IMG/VR virus record: IMGVR_UViG_3300024308_000006
Span: 931-64,930 of that record
Length of the DNA: 64,000 nt
Reading direction: 5' to 3' (one strand)
From: a virus
Shown: positions 28,591-37,888 of the stretch, piece by piece
How positions within the stretch are numbered: the stretch's first letter is position 1
How the letters are laid out: each line of letters begins with the position of its first letter
Program-made: the position numbers and the translations under genes
Notes under the pieces: model-generated
Database searches by the model: none
Seen by the model: only the letters and a program-made list of their open reading frames with translations
What the model was told of the DNA's origin: nothing

Positions 28591-29208
28591 TCAGCCACCA
28601 AGCGGCATAGGCTGCACATTGGCAGCTATCACGTCGTTCTGACCATCCAGCCGTCCAATGATGTCGAATTTAAGATCAGGATTTAGGCCGCTGATGATCC
28701 AGGTGCCATCTGCTGCCGACTCGGTGGACGCCACCAGCAGCCCGTCACCTGGCTCTCCACCGGCTGGCCGGTAATGCGCGCGCACCGTAGCGGCCACTGG
28801 AACGCCGTTGAGCGTGGTGATTCCGTCAGGGAAGCTGCCGGACAGGTAGCCGTCACCCTGTAGGAGGTGTCGCGGGAACGACTCTCCGATGTCGATTGTG
28901 TAGGTGCCGGCGCCAGGGATCGCCAGGTACTGAGCATGCACCTTGGCCGGCGGCGTTGCGTCCTCGGCAAAAACCACCCACCCCGGCTGATCAACCAGCT
29001 CCTGACGAAGGATGCTCACGAACGGCGTGAACTCACCCGCCAGCGCCTCCTGCGCGATCTCTCCCTGCCCGGCGGCGTTGAAGCTCCGGCAGACACGCAG
29101 GTACTTCACCCCAGGCGTCACAAGGCCATCGCGGAGAATCCTAAAGCGGATCGAATCCCGAGGGTATGTGACCAGGGTTAGGACTGGCGGAACGAAGAAT
29201 GCAGGCAT
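28591..29208 (-). CDS. hypothetical tail/virion protein (205 aa)
   Basis: ORF-track ORF, tightly packed in the late operon. Confidence 0.6.
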   Translation of the reverse strand: MPAFFVPPVLTLVTYPRDSIRFRILRDGLVTPGVKYLRVCRSFNAAGQGEIAQEALAGEFTPFVSILRQELVDQPGWVVFAEDATPPAKVHAQYLAIPGAGTYTIDIGESFPRHLLQGDGYLSGSFPDGITTLNGVPVAATVRAHYRPAGGEPGDGLLVASTESAADGTWIISGLNPDLKFDIIGRLDGQNDVIAANVQPMPLGG

Positions 29209-30257
29209 TACCAGTACGCCGGGTTGTCAGTCACGATAAAAGCCCCGCGCCCGCCGACGTGTGCAATCAGGGGGAGATACACACTGCCTTCCACCAGCGG
29301 AGTCAGATTCAAGATCGTGTCCCCCGTGTAGTCGGAGCTGGTCAGAGCGCCTTCAATTTGCCGCCGCGTCAGGTTTGAGTAGTTGCGGGCCATCAGATGA
29401 TCGCGCCGGATTCCCCTGAGTCCAGGCTGCGGCTGGCCTGCGGCCACCCAGCGAACCAGCCCCATCTCGATGGATGGCATGACCGAGATCGGGCTGTTGG
29501 CCAGATAGGTCAGCATCGAGACCGTAGTGTGAATGGTGTAAACCGCACCACTCTCGTAGGCACTCTCAAGCAGCGCGCTGATGCCCGTGGTATCCACCAA
29601 CAGGCCGGACACCGGATTCCTCAGCGTGGTGAAGGCCAGGCGGTCGAAGTAAAGCGAAAGCCGCGTCGAGTTAGGGGTAGCTCCGCGAAACCCGCCCACA
29701 GCGATGTGGTTGCCCCCCAGGTCGTCTCCTACATAGAGCGTTCCATTACCGTTCTGGGCGTCAATTTGGGTTCCCGACACGCTAGAAGCCGTGTCGGTGA
29801 AAGGCGCCTGCATGAAGATGAAGGTTCGCTCATCCGCCAGCATCACCCACCGAGTATTGGCGCCCCAATAGAAGACATCAGAACCAAAGTACACGGGCAG
29901 CGTGGCAGCGCCCGATGTGCCGGAAACCACCCCCTGCCCCTGGGGCACGCCACTTGAGTTGATACCTGTATAGGTAGCATGCAGGTAAACGCGAAACGTC
30001 CCGTGATAGCCGAGGTTTGACGAGTTCTGGTAGTAGCCACTGCTGATCGTGACGTAGTTGCCAGAGGCGTTGCGCAGCACCAGGTACTGGTCGCCCTCGT
30101 CTACCAACGTCCACCCCGCCGCCAAGCGGGCACCATAGCCGGTCACCAGGCAGGCCTTGAGGATCAGCTTGTAGTTGTTGAACCGCTGCACCGAGCCAAC
30201 GGTGGAAATGTAGAACGCCGGCAAACCGGCGTCCTTGGAGCTGTAAACGCTAGGCAT
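29208..30257 (-). CDS. hypothetical tail/virion protein (349 aa)
   Basis: ORF-track ORF, tightly packed in the late operon. Confidence 0.6.
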   Translation of the reverse strand: MPSVYSSKDAGLPAFYISTVGSVQRFNNYKLILKACLVTGYGARLAAGWTLVDEGDQYLVLRNASGNYVTISSGYYQNSSNLGYHGTFRVYLHATYTGINSSGVPQGQGVVSGTSGAATLPVYFGSDVFYWGANTRWVMLADERTFIFMQAPFTDTASSVSGTQIDAQNGNGTLYVGDDLGGNHIAVGGFRGATPNSTRLSLYFDRLAFTTLRNPVSGLLVDTTGISALLESAYESGAVYTIHTTVSMLTYLANSPISVMPSIEMGLVRWVAAGQPQPGLRGIRRDHLMARNYSNLTRRQIEGALTSSDYTGDTILNLTPLVEGSVYLPLIAHVGGRGAFIVTDNPAYW

Positions 30258-30562
30258 CAGCTAGCCCTGCCTTCATCTGCGATCAAGCTGGCGTTGCTCG
30301 CCAGATTCCCAAGCGGGTCTTCATCCGGCCAGTACCCTTTCTCGCTATGCCACTGGCAATACTCGTCAAACAGCTCGGGCTGCGGCTTGAAGCTGGCCAT
30401 GTTGGTCACGCCATGCCGCTCGGCCATGAACATCTGGAACGCTGGCAGCCCCAGGACGCGACCCCACGGGATTGCGGCAGGCATCTGCGTCTTCGCGTCG
30501 AAGGCGACAAAGCCTTCCACGCCGACACGGATCGGCTCGGGTTTGGTATCAGCAACACTCAT
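30257..30562 (-). CDS. hypothetical protein (101 aa)
   Basis: ORF-track ORF. Its start overlaps the HNH gene stop. Confidence 0.55.
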   Translation of the reverse strand: MSVADTKPEPIRVGVEGFVAFDAKTQMPAAIPWGRVLGLPAFQMFMAERHGVTNMASFKPQPELFDEYCQWHSEKGYWPDEDPLGNLASNASLIADEGRAS

Positions 30563-31239
30563 GCGTTCAATTCCTCCAGCCTTCGCAACACTTTCGCGCG
30601 CTCGGCTTCATTCAGTGACTCGATCATGTCCATAACCTTGTCCACCAGTCGAACCCCATGGGGGTCTTTCTTGCTCTGCCCTACGCCTGTCCATAGCTCC
30701 AGGTTTTCCGGCCGGTTGTCGTCGCGCTTGCCATTGCGGTGGTGGACACGCTCGCCAGGCATCAGCGGGCGACCAATCATTTCCTCCATCACCTCGCGGT
30801 GCTCGAACACCTGGATGCCATCGACCTTCCGCGCCTTGTAGCCGTCGCGCGTGTAGTAGTAGCCATCAGGTGTTAGCTCCCTTGGCGGAAGATCAGCGTA
30901 GTTCGCTACTAAGCCTGCGCCGCGAGCCCTCATAGAGCAGGAGCGCGAGCAGAAGGCTCTTGCCTTTCCATGCGGGCGCTCGAACTCTGTCTTGCACCAC
31001 TGGCATACCACCTTGCGATCAACGCGCTGCGATGCAGCTCCGCAGGCATGCGAGCAAAACTTCTGCTGTGCACTGGCTGGCTCGAACTCGATATGGCACT
31101 GAAGGCACGACTTCTTCGCCTTCACCCGCGCCGATGACTTGCACGCAATGGAGCAGAACCGCGTGACAGCTAAACGCGGGCGAAACACGTTTCCGCACCC
31201 TTCGCATGCCCTATCAGCCAGAACTCTTTTCTTTCCCAT
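30559..31239 (-). CDS. HNH homing-type endonuclease with three N-terminal zinc-ribbon repeats
   Basis: Start at ATG 31239 (SD GAGGTG). Three copies of C..C...F......FCS..C, then VHHRNGKRDDNRPENLELW (HNH). An AT-rich gap lies upstream (31240-31329). Confidence 0.8.
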   Translation of the reverse strand: MGKKRVLADRACEGCGNVFRPRLAVTRFCSIACKSSARVKAKKSCLQCHIEFEPASAQQKFCSHACGAASQRVDRKVVCQWCKTEFERPHGKARAFCSRSCSMRARGAGLVANYADLPPRELTPDGYYYTRDGYKARKVDGIQVFEHREVMEEMIGRPLMPGERVHHRNGKRDDNRPENLELWTGVGQSKKDPHGVRLVDKVMDMIESLNEAERAKVLRRLEELNA

Positions 31240-31329
31240 TGGAAGCACCTCACTTTATGGTTTTCACCATTAGCCTGGCGCGATATTTACGAGAAAGCAA
31301 ATAGTATCGCAAGTCATTGATTTTTCTAC

Positions 31330-31737
31330 TTAAACTTTGAAAATTTTGTTAGTACCGTTATCCCACGTCACAATTATGTCGCCGCCGTTCGGTGTAATCG
31401 GCAGGCCGGTGGCGGTGTCGATGTAGGCGATCAGCGGGCTGGTCGCCTCGGTTCCGGTGTCGGAATAGATGATGATGGCCTCGATGGACGCGCCGGAGAC
31501 GCTGGTAAAGGTCACGTCCGCTCCGTCTGCTGCGCCGCCCGTGGTGGCCTTGCTGGTCAGCGTGACGGGGCCAGCGATACGCGCAGAGATCGGGATGTCC
31601 GCCAGATACTGGTGAACGGCGGTCTGCGGCGTGTAGGCGCCGGTATCAACCAGGATCACCTTGATGGTGTCGGTCATCCAGTTGATCTGCGCCTCAAGGA
31701 AGCGCTGGCGGGCGAAGTCGAAAAGCGTGTTAGCCAT
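31330..31737 (-). CDS. hypothetical virion protein (135 aa)
   Basis: Start trimmed to MANTLFDFARQRF... (ATG 31737). Late operon. Confidence 0.6.
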   Translation of the reverse strand: MANTLFDFARQRFLEAQINWMTDTIKVILVDTGAYTPQTAVHQYLADIPISARIAGPVTLTSKATTGGAADGADVTFTSVSGASIEAIIIYSDTGTEATSPLIAYIDTATGLPITPNGGDIIVTWDNGTNKIFKV

Positions 31738-31912
31738 GAGTGTTCTCCACAGATTCAGGAGCACTCATGCGCGCCGGGGGCTTGATTGGGGTGTCAAGGG
31801 TGGCCTCGATGAGCAGGCGCGCCACCTGGCCGGACTTCTTCTCCAGGCGAATCACGGCATCACCGACGATGAGTGCCTGGCCCGGCTTTAGGTCAACGTG
31901 CATCTTGGTCAT
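31730..31912 (-). CDS. 60-aa protein with weak CsrA-like sequence pattern
   Basis: LKPGQALIVGDAVIRLEKKSGQVARLLIEA resembles the CsrA segment [30 protein letters not shown]. Overlaps both neighbours. Confidence 0.4.
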   Translation of the reverse strand: MTKMHVDLKPGQALIVGDAVIRLEKKSGQVARLLIEATLDTPIKPPARMSAPESVENTHG

Positions 31913-32586
31913 GGCCAGAACGCCTCCACATGCTGCGGCACGTCCTCACGGGTCGCGCGGCGAAGATCGGCGCTCGGGCGCAGACCGAAGTAGTCTTCAA
32001 AGGCTCGCTCAGCCTGGGCCGAGCGGTTCGGGTCGAATGCTTCCATATCCGGCACGGCGAAGCCCTTGTGCAGCGCCCACTGGATTAGGTGGCGGTGATG
32101 CTCGCGGTGAATCGCCGGCTCGGCGGTGTCCTTGTTGACCAGCGCCATGCCGGCCAGCGGCGTGCGGTAGCATTCCAGCTTGAGCGTGGCGCCCTGCTCC
32201 GGGTTTGGCACTAGGCGCAAGTCGGTGTCGCCCTGGATTGCGTACAGCGGGCGCCCCACTTCGTCGCGCCAGCCTGGCCGCTCAGCATCCAAGCTCTCAG
32301 TGGAGTAGATCAGCAGCACGCCTGGGCGAGAGCCGTCCGCAGGATGCAAGCTCAGGTGAGTGATTTCGTACAGTGCCGGGTGCAGCGGGTAGACCGCCTG
32401 GCCGGCTGTCACGGCAATCTGGCACACGGCCGCGTCCTGGCTTTCGTGGATCAGTCGCGCGCGAATACATGCCTCGCTGACGGCATCATTCAGCCAGGCG
32501 GCAATATCCTCGTCGCTCCAGAAATACGGCTCAGCCAGGTCGTGCGCTTCCGTGCGAACGCGGCGGATCAGCTCGGCCAGGGTCAT
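31909..32586 (-). CDS. putative head-tail adaptor/neck protein (225 aa)
   Basis: ORF-track ORF. Call rests on its position between the head and tail modules. The N-terminus ...PYFWSDEDIAAWLNDAVSE... recalls adaptor proteins (from memory only). Confidence 0.4.
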   Translation of the reverse strand: MTLAELIRRVRTEAHDLAEPYFWSDEDIAAWLNDAVSEACIRARLIHESQDAAVCQIAVTAGQAVYPLHPALYEITHLSLHPADGSRPGVLLIYSTESLDAERPGWRDEVGRPLYAIQGDTDLRLVPNPEQGATLKLECYRTPLAGMALVNKDTAEPAIHREHHRHLIQWALHKGFAVPDMEAFDPNRSAQAERAFEDYFGLRPSADLRRATREDVPQHVEAFWP

Positions 32587-33404
32587 TACTGCGCCCCGAA
32601 GCGGGTGATGTGCTGGGTGACGGTTTCGCGCATGTCCTCCAGCTTGTCGCGCATGTTCAGCTTGATGCCGAACTGAACCAGGGCGAACTCAGCCAGGCCG
32701 GCTTTGGTGCTGATCTGATTCATCTGGTCGATTACAGCGAAGTCTTGGCGCTCGGCCTCGCGCTTGTCGCTGGTCTTTGCGCCCTGCTCCAGTTGCTCGG
32801 CGGTGTCGTCACCGGCCGCCACGGCGCCCTCCACCTGCTTGAACAGGTCGAGGTGGCGCAGCAGCTTGCGGGCGACGATCTGCGGCACGGAGCGCGCCTG
32901 GCCCTTGGTGAAGGTCAGGCCGCTGGAATACAGGGTGTCTTGCCAGTAGTCGCGGCGGCCGATGTACTGAACGCCGATGTAGCCGGCCTGCACGCCTTCG
33001 ATAGCCAGGGTCGGCGACGGCAGGCTGGCCAGAGCCTTGGCCACAGCGTCTTCGGCGTCGGGAATATCCTTGAGCGCATGCACCACGGCGCGGAACAGAT
33101 AGTCCTTGGCCTTCTGCTCGACGGGCAGCTCCTCGTAGGGCACGCAGCACGGGTGAGTCTTGGCGTCCGGGTCTTTCACCGCGCCGTACACCCAGCCGTC
33201 AGCGATCTTCTGCTCCAGCCAGCTCTCGTGGGCCTGCTCGGGCGTCGCGTCGGGGTTTGCCAGGTGCATCTCTACGCCGGCAATTGCCGACTGCTGTTGC
33301 CACTCAGGCGCATCGGCCCAAGTCGGCTGGGAAAGGTCGCCTTGCGAGGCGCAATAGGCCGCGTTGATCGCGTGAGCAATGGCGGCAATGGCGGTGATCT
33401 TCAT
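32586..33404 (-). CDS. RyR-domain protein (272 aa)
   Basis: HESWLEQKIADGWVYGAVKDPDAKTHPCCVPYEELPVEQKAKDYLFRAVVHAL matches the RyR (ryanodine-receptor repeat) signature. Confidence 0.7.
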   Translation of the reverse strand: MKITAIAAIAHAINAAYCASQGDLSQPTWADAPEWQQQSAIAGVEMHLANPDATPEQAHESWLEQKIADGWVYGAVKDPDAKTHPCCVPYEELPVEQKAKDYLFRAVVHALKDIPDAEDAVAKALASLPSPTLAIEGVQAGYIGVQYIGRRDYWQDTLYSSGLTFTKGQARSVPQIVARKLLRHLDLFKQVEGAVAAGDDTAEQLEQGAKTSDKREAERQDFAVIDQMNQISTKAGLAEFALVQFGIKLNMRDKLEDMRETVTQHITRFGAQ

Positions 33405-33420
33405 GGGGAGTCCTACTCCT

Positions 33421-33455
33421 GCGGGATGAGAAAGAGCCGGCGAAGGGCCGGCTCT
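33421..33455 (-). terminator. hairpin/partial terminator after the decoration-like gene
   Basis: Minus strand AGAGCCGGC-CCTTC-GCCGGCTCT followed by TTCTCAT. Confidence 0.45.
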
Positions 33456-33463
33456 ATCAGGGC

Positions 33464-33937
33464 TTAGCGAGCGCCGACTTGCTCGCCGTACACCAGCACC
33501 TTGATGTCACTGGCCTTGGCATTGGCCGCCACGGCAGTGGTCAGGATCAGGCGTGCCGGCTTGGCCAGGGTCAGCAGCTTGGTGCCGGTGGCACGCTTGC
33601 GGCCGGCAGCAGCCAGGTCGATGCCAGAGCCGAAGTAGGCCGCGTCCTGCGGCGCCTCGGTCGAGTCGGTGCCGTCTTCGTACTTGAAGCCGAGCGAGCC
33701 GGTGATGGTGGCAGTCATGCCAGTGGTGACAATGATCTGTGCGTCATCCAGGCGCAGACCTTCCGGCAGCGGGCCGAGGTCGATCACGTCACCGACTGCA
33801 ATCGCGGCAGTCGAGTCGGAATCGGCGGCGGCGCCGCTTGCCAGGGTGGCCAGGGCGAAGGACAGCACGGACAGATTGCCGTAGGGGGTGTTGCCGAACT
33901 GGCGCTTGAGCGCGCTTTTCAGGGATACGGTAGCCAT
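33464..33937 (-). CDS. capsid decoration/cement-like protein (157 aa)
   Basis: Small gene immediately downstream of the coat gene. Function is inferred from position only. Confidence 0.45.
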   Translation of the reverse strand: MATVSLKSALKRQFGNTPYGNLSVLSFALATLASGAAADSDSTAAIAVGDVIDLGPLPEGLRLDDAQIIVTTGMTATITGSLGFKYEDGTDSTEAPQDAAYFGSGIDLAAAGRKRATGTKLLTLAKPARLILTTAVAANAKASDIKVLVYGEQVGAR

Positions 33938-33999
33938 AAAAGGAGCCTCGTCTGAGTGAAGGAATGGGCGGGGTTAGCCGCCCATCGCGTCAGGGTGGG

Positions 34000-35292
34000 T
34001 TAGCCGACCTGATTCAGCGGCACCACGGTGTCGAGCACCGAGGCACCGTAGTCGGTGAACTCGACGCGCTCGCCGGTGTTGACCGCGAAACGGATCTTGG
34101 AGGTGCCGAGGATGGCGCCGATCAGCAGCTCCACCTTGTCGCCGTGATCCATCTCCTTCTCGCTCCAGAAGAACGGCACGCCGGACTTGTCGGAGCGGCC
34201 GAGCGCCTGGGCAACGGCCTGGCCGCCGAGCAGGATCGCGCGGTCCACCGCGTACTGAGTGCCGAAGCTGGACGGCACGACGCAGGTGCTCTCGGTTTCG
34301 CTGGCGAAGTCGGCGCAGTAGCGCACGGTGTTGCCGGCGAAGAAGCGGATCGGGATGTTCTGCTTGATGATCAGGAAGTTGTTCCACAGGCCGACTTCAC
34401 CCTTGAAGATCGGGTGCCCCTTGGCGTTGGCGGCGCGCGCCAGGGCGGCAGCCTGCATGGAGCGGAACGCCGGATCGGCAGCGAACTGGTTGTACTGCAA
34501 CGGAGTCACCAGCAGCACGCGGATCGGGTCGTCCTCGGCGGCCTCGTCGCCCTCGAACTGGACGGGCGGCGGCGGCATGACCATCTCGTCCATCACTGCG
34601 CGCAGGGAATCGACCACGCTCATGCTCAGCACGTCGGTGCTGGCAATATCCATCTCGCCCGCATTGACCTTGAAGCTGGTCACGCCAGAGCCGTCCACCA
34701 TGAAGTGGCGGTTTTTGGTCGGCGCCTTGACGCGGTTGACCATCACGGCCGCGAACTTCGGATCGGTGTCGAGCGGCACGCTCCAGGTCTGGTTCATCAC
34801 GTTGCCGCGAGCGCCGGCCGCATGGATGATCAGGCTCTGATCCAGGTAGCGGTCCATAGTCGCCTGTGCGACCGGGCGGCCCAGCTTGCGGAAGTCCACC
34901 GGCGAGCGAATGTCGGTCATGGTGTCCGACAGCTTGACCGGGATACGGGCCTGGTTCACGCGCAGGCGGTCTTCCTCGATGCTCATGCCGGTGCCACGGC
35001 CCTCGGCGTACTCGCTGCCCATGATCGGGATGGCGCCGAAGGGGTTGACCAGGTTGAAGGTGACTTCATCACCCATGCCCTTGCCCAAGTCCATGCAGCG
35101 GACGATCGGCAGGTGCTTGCTGGTCTGCTTCTTGATGGTGGCCACGGCGCCGGCCTCGCCCTTGGGCATGGAGCCGATCAGACGCGACAGCTTGTTGTTG
35201 CGCTTGAGGTGAGTGGCGAACAGACCTACGGCCTGCTGCATCATGTTTTTCTTGTCGCCATAGGCGGCATGCGAGTTCTGAGCGGTAGGCAT
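34000..35292 (-). CDS. major capsid protein
   Basis: 430 aa, directly downstream of the scaffold-like gene and followed by a hairpin. Size and gene order are typical of a coat gene. Confidence 0.75.
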   Translation of the reverse strand: MPTAQNSHAAYGDKKNMMQQAVGLFATHLKRNNKLSRLIGSMPKGEAGAVATIKKQTSKHLPIVRCMDLGKGMGDEVTFNLVNPFGAIPIMGSEYAEGRGTGMSIEEDRLRVNQARIPVKLSDTMTDIRSPVDFRKLGRPVAQATMDRYLDQSLIIHAAGARGNVMNQTWSVPLDTDPKFAAVMVNRVKAPTKNRHFMVDGSGVTSFKVNAGEMDIASTDVLSMSVVDSLRAVMDEMVMPPPPVQFEGDEAAEDDPIRVLLVTPLQYNQFAADPAFRSMQAAALARAANAKGHPIFKGEVGLWNNFLIIKQNIPIRFFAGNTVRYCADFASETESTCVVPSSFGTQYAVDRAILLGGQAVAQALGRSDKSGVPFFWSEKEMDHGDKVELLIGAILGTSKIRFAVNTGERVEFTDYGASVLDTVVPLNQVG

Positions 35293-35305
35293 GCTCGTGC
35301 TCTCC

Positions 35306-36331
35306 TTAGAGGTTGTTTAGCCAGGCTTCCATCTGCTCGCGGGACATGGAATCCATGTTCTGCAAGAGCTCGAAGCCTTCCATATGGGCCAGCGCTTCAT
35401 CTCGACCCACTCCAGCCGAACGGCCACCGGCAATGTCGGTTAGGCTGTTCGGAACCGGCGCGGTCGCTTGTGCGGCGGCCTGCTGTGCTTTGGTTTTCAC
35501 ATCGGCCGCAGCCGATGCACCTGGTTGAGTTACACCTGTGGCCTGCTTGAAGGCGTCGAACAGTTCAATCACCTGCCCGGTGCTGCCCTGCTGGAGCACG
35601 GCGGCGTAGGCATCACGCGCGTAGGAGGGCTGCGAATTGATCCAGTCGGCCAACTCCCTGCTCTCGACAATGGAGTCGGCGTCCGGGTGCGCCTCGTAGA
35701 TGGCGGCGTAGTGCTGATTGGTGAGCTCGCTCGCCTGCTTGGCCTGGATTGGCTCCAGCGCCTTGCTTACCCTCGCCTCCACCTGGCTTGCCACCAGCGT
35801 GGCGATACCCTTCGCCAGCGCCTCCTCGGAGAAGTCCCCGAAAATCCCCGGATCGACACCCTGGTCGATGGCCGCTTGCGCTGCCGCCACCTGGTTGTCG
35901 GTCTTGGTCGGTGCCTCGCCCGCCTCGGCACGCGCTTGAGCTTGAGATCGAAGGCTCTCCAGCTCGCGTTGTGCCGCTGCCGCTCGTTCCTCTGCCGCTT
36001 CACGCAGCGCGCGCTCGGATCTTGCCTGTTCGCGCGCCTCGGTCAGGCGGTCAAAAGGAATGGTGTGCTTGCCGTCCTTGGTCAGGACTACGGTGTTGTC
36101 GGCATTCAGCTCAGGCTCCTGGCCCTTCTGCTTGCCTTCGTCCGCAGCCTCACTGTTCGCGCTCTCGGCCTCTTTTCCACCATGCGCCTGGGCAGCCTCG
36201 GGCTGTGCTGCCTGCTCCGACAACAATGCGCCGGTATCGCCCTGTCCCAGCCCAAGGAGCTGGTCTAGTTGCTCGGGGGAAATCTCGCCGTCAAGCGACT
36301 CGATGAACTCGTTTTCCTGATCGGTATTCAT
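35306..36331 (-). CDS. scaffolding protein
   Basis: 341 aa, acidic, A/E/Q-rich with predicted coiled coil, immediately upstream of the coat gene. Confidence 0.7.
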   Translation of the reverse strand: MNTDQENEFIESLDGEISPEQLDQLLGLGQGDTGALLSEQAAQPEAAQAHGGKEAESANSEAADEGKQKGQEPELNADNTVVLTKDGKHTIPFDRLTEAREQARSERALREAAEERAAAAQRELESLRSQAQARAEAGEAPTKTDNQVAAAQAAIDQGVDPGIFGDFSEEALAKGIATLVASQVEARVSKALEPIQAKQASELTNQHYAAIYEAHPDADSIVESRELADWINSQPSYARDAYAAVLQQGSTGQVIELFDAFKQATGVTQPGASAAADVKTKAQQAAAQATAPVPNSLTDIAGGRSAGVGRDEALAHMEGFELLQNMDSMSREQMEAWLNNL

Positions 36332-36459
36332 GCCTGTCCCGCCACATATCGCCGTGGCCGCTATGGGTCATCAGCACGCGGATTGCTCCGCATATCGCCG
36401 CAGCGCACGGGTGCGCGTTGGCTTGGCAGCGAGTGTGAAAACGAGGGGGAGAAACACCT

Positions 36460-36490
36460 AGCCCTACAGGGGTGAACCACCTATAGGGCC
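36460..36490 (-). promoter_or_regulatory. late intergenic palindromic motif, copy 3, plus an adjacent inverted partial copy
   Basis: Minus strand GGCCCTATAGGTGG-TT-CACCCCTGTAGGGCT, 129 nt upstream of the scaffold ATG. Confidence 0.4.
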
Positions 36491-36514
36491 AGGGCATTTC
36501 AGGATGGATTGCGG

Positions 36515-37888
36515 CTATTCCTTGTAACCCACCAGGCCGCGCGGATCGGCAACCTGGCGAAGCTCAACCGCTCCGAGCTTGACCACATGGTTGCCGGACG
36601 CCCCGCCGCCGGTAGACCCGACGCGAAGCTCTACCCGCCAGCGCAAGCTGGGAGATGCGTTGACCAATTGGATGGGCGGCGTCACCAGCATGCCGTTGAG
36701 CTGGCGCATCGGCAGCTTCACATAACCTGAGCCGGGGTCAAACGGCTCAAGGTCATAGGCGATCAGCCCGCCTATGCCGTTGTCCTTGAGGTACAGCGAC
36801 ACCCCTTGCCAGCCATTGGCTGGCCCAATCTCGCACTCACAGGACGCCTGCACCCACGCTCCAGCCGGCAATGTGTGCGGGGTGTCACTTGGGGAAGTCG
36901 CAAAGTAGAGAAGCGAATCGGTCGCGCCTGGTGTAATCGTCAGCACTTGCCAGTCGCCGCGCCCGTCGCTGCGTGCTTCCTTGCTGGCGACCATAGTTGC
37001 ATCGCCGGTCGAGCGCATGGCTTGCCGGTTGGTAGCCACACTTCCGCTGACACCTGCCCCTACCGTGCCGCTTGTGCCAGTACAGAACGGATTGGGGAGC
37101 AGGTTGCCGCTCGGGTTGTGAGTGGCATCGAACAGGTCGTCGGCAGACCACACGCGCGGAAACGCTTCCGGAAGCAACTTGGCGGCGAAGTTGGCGAAGC
37201 CTTCGCCCACAGACACGCCGCCTGGGCACTGGAAGTGGATGAAGTCCGGAGAGAACCCAGCCTTCGGCTCACCGTTGGCATTCGTGAAGTCGACCCAGTA
37301 GGCGTTCCAGTCGAAGTAGTAGCAATCTGGCGTTGCCTTACAGAATTGGATGGTTTGGTTGTTGACCCATGCGGCCTTCTTGCGCTCTGCGCTGCCAGCA
37401 GCCCAGGAGCCTGTGCCGCGAGCCAGGATGGGCAACATGATCACGGAAATGCCTGCAGCCAGGTAGTAGCGCGCCAGTTCTACCCTGGCGGCGTGGATGG
37501 CCTCTTTGGCCAAGGGGGCCATGTCATTGGTGCCGGCATCAATAACGACCCAGCCGCAGTCAACAGCGCTTTTCAAGAACTGCTTGCGCGCCTCGATGAG
37601 CGCAATAGTCTGGCCTGACACGCCGGCATTGAGCCCACGGAAGAAGCGCGTTGCGCCCGGCGCCTGAGAGGGCTCCCAGCCAAGGTAGACCGCAGGGTCG
37701 TGCCAGATTTCGCAGGAGAAGCGGCCTTTGGCGAAATACCGCGCCCAGGACAGCCAGCCGCGATTCCAATGGCTGATTTTACTGGCGGTCGCGGCATCAT
37801 TCTGCTGCACCAATGATGTACCTAGAACGCCGATGGTGGTAGCGGCGCCAGCAACGGGCGCGGCCTTGGGGTTGAGTAGTAGGCTCAT
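36515..37888 (-). CDS. SGNH/GDSL-type esterase with a C-terminal beta-rich (carbohydrate-binding-like) domain
   Basis: Blocks VLGTSLV, GVSGQT and VIDAGTNDM. The C-terminal roughly 200 aa are unassigned. Confidence 0.65.
   Translation of the reverse strand: MSLLLNPKAAPVAGAATTIGVLGTSLVQQNDAATASKISHWNRGWLSWARYFAKGRFSCEIWHDPAVYLGWEPSQAPGATRFFRGLNAGVSGQTIALIEARKQFLKSAVDCGWVVIDAGTNDMAPLAKEAIHAARVELARYYLAAGISVIMLPILARGTGSWAAGSAERKKAAWVNNQTIQFCKATPDCYYFDWNAYWVDFTNANGEPKAGFSPDFIHFQCPGGVSVGEGFANFAAKLLPEAFPRVWSADDLFDATHNPSGNLLPNPFCTGTSGTVGAGVSGSVATNRQAMRSTGDATMVASKEARSDGRGDWQVLTITPGATDSLLYFATSPSDTPHTLPAGAWVQASCECEIGPANGWQGVSLYLKDNGIGGLIAYDLEPFDPGSGYVKLPMRQLNGMLVTPPIQLVNASPSLRWRVELRVGSTGGGASGNHVVKLGAVELRQVADPRGLVGYKE

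Noticed and set aside
22657-28642. Plus-strand ORFs of 677, 344 and 487 aa antisense to the tail genes.
   Set aside because: Same high-GC antisense artefact. The minus-strand genes are tightly coupled with overlapping starts and stops and have sensible composition.
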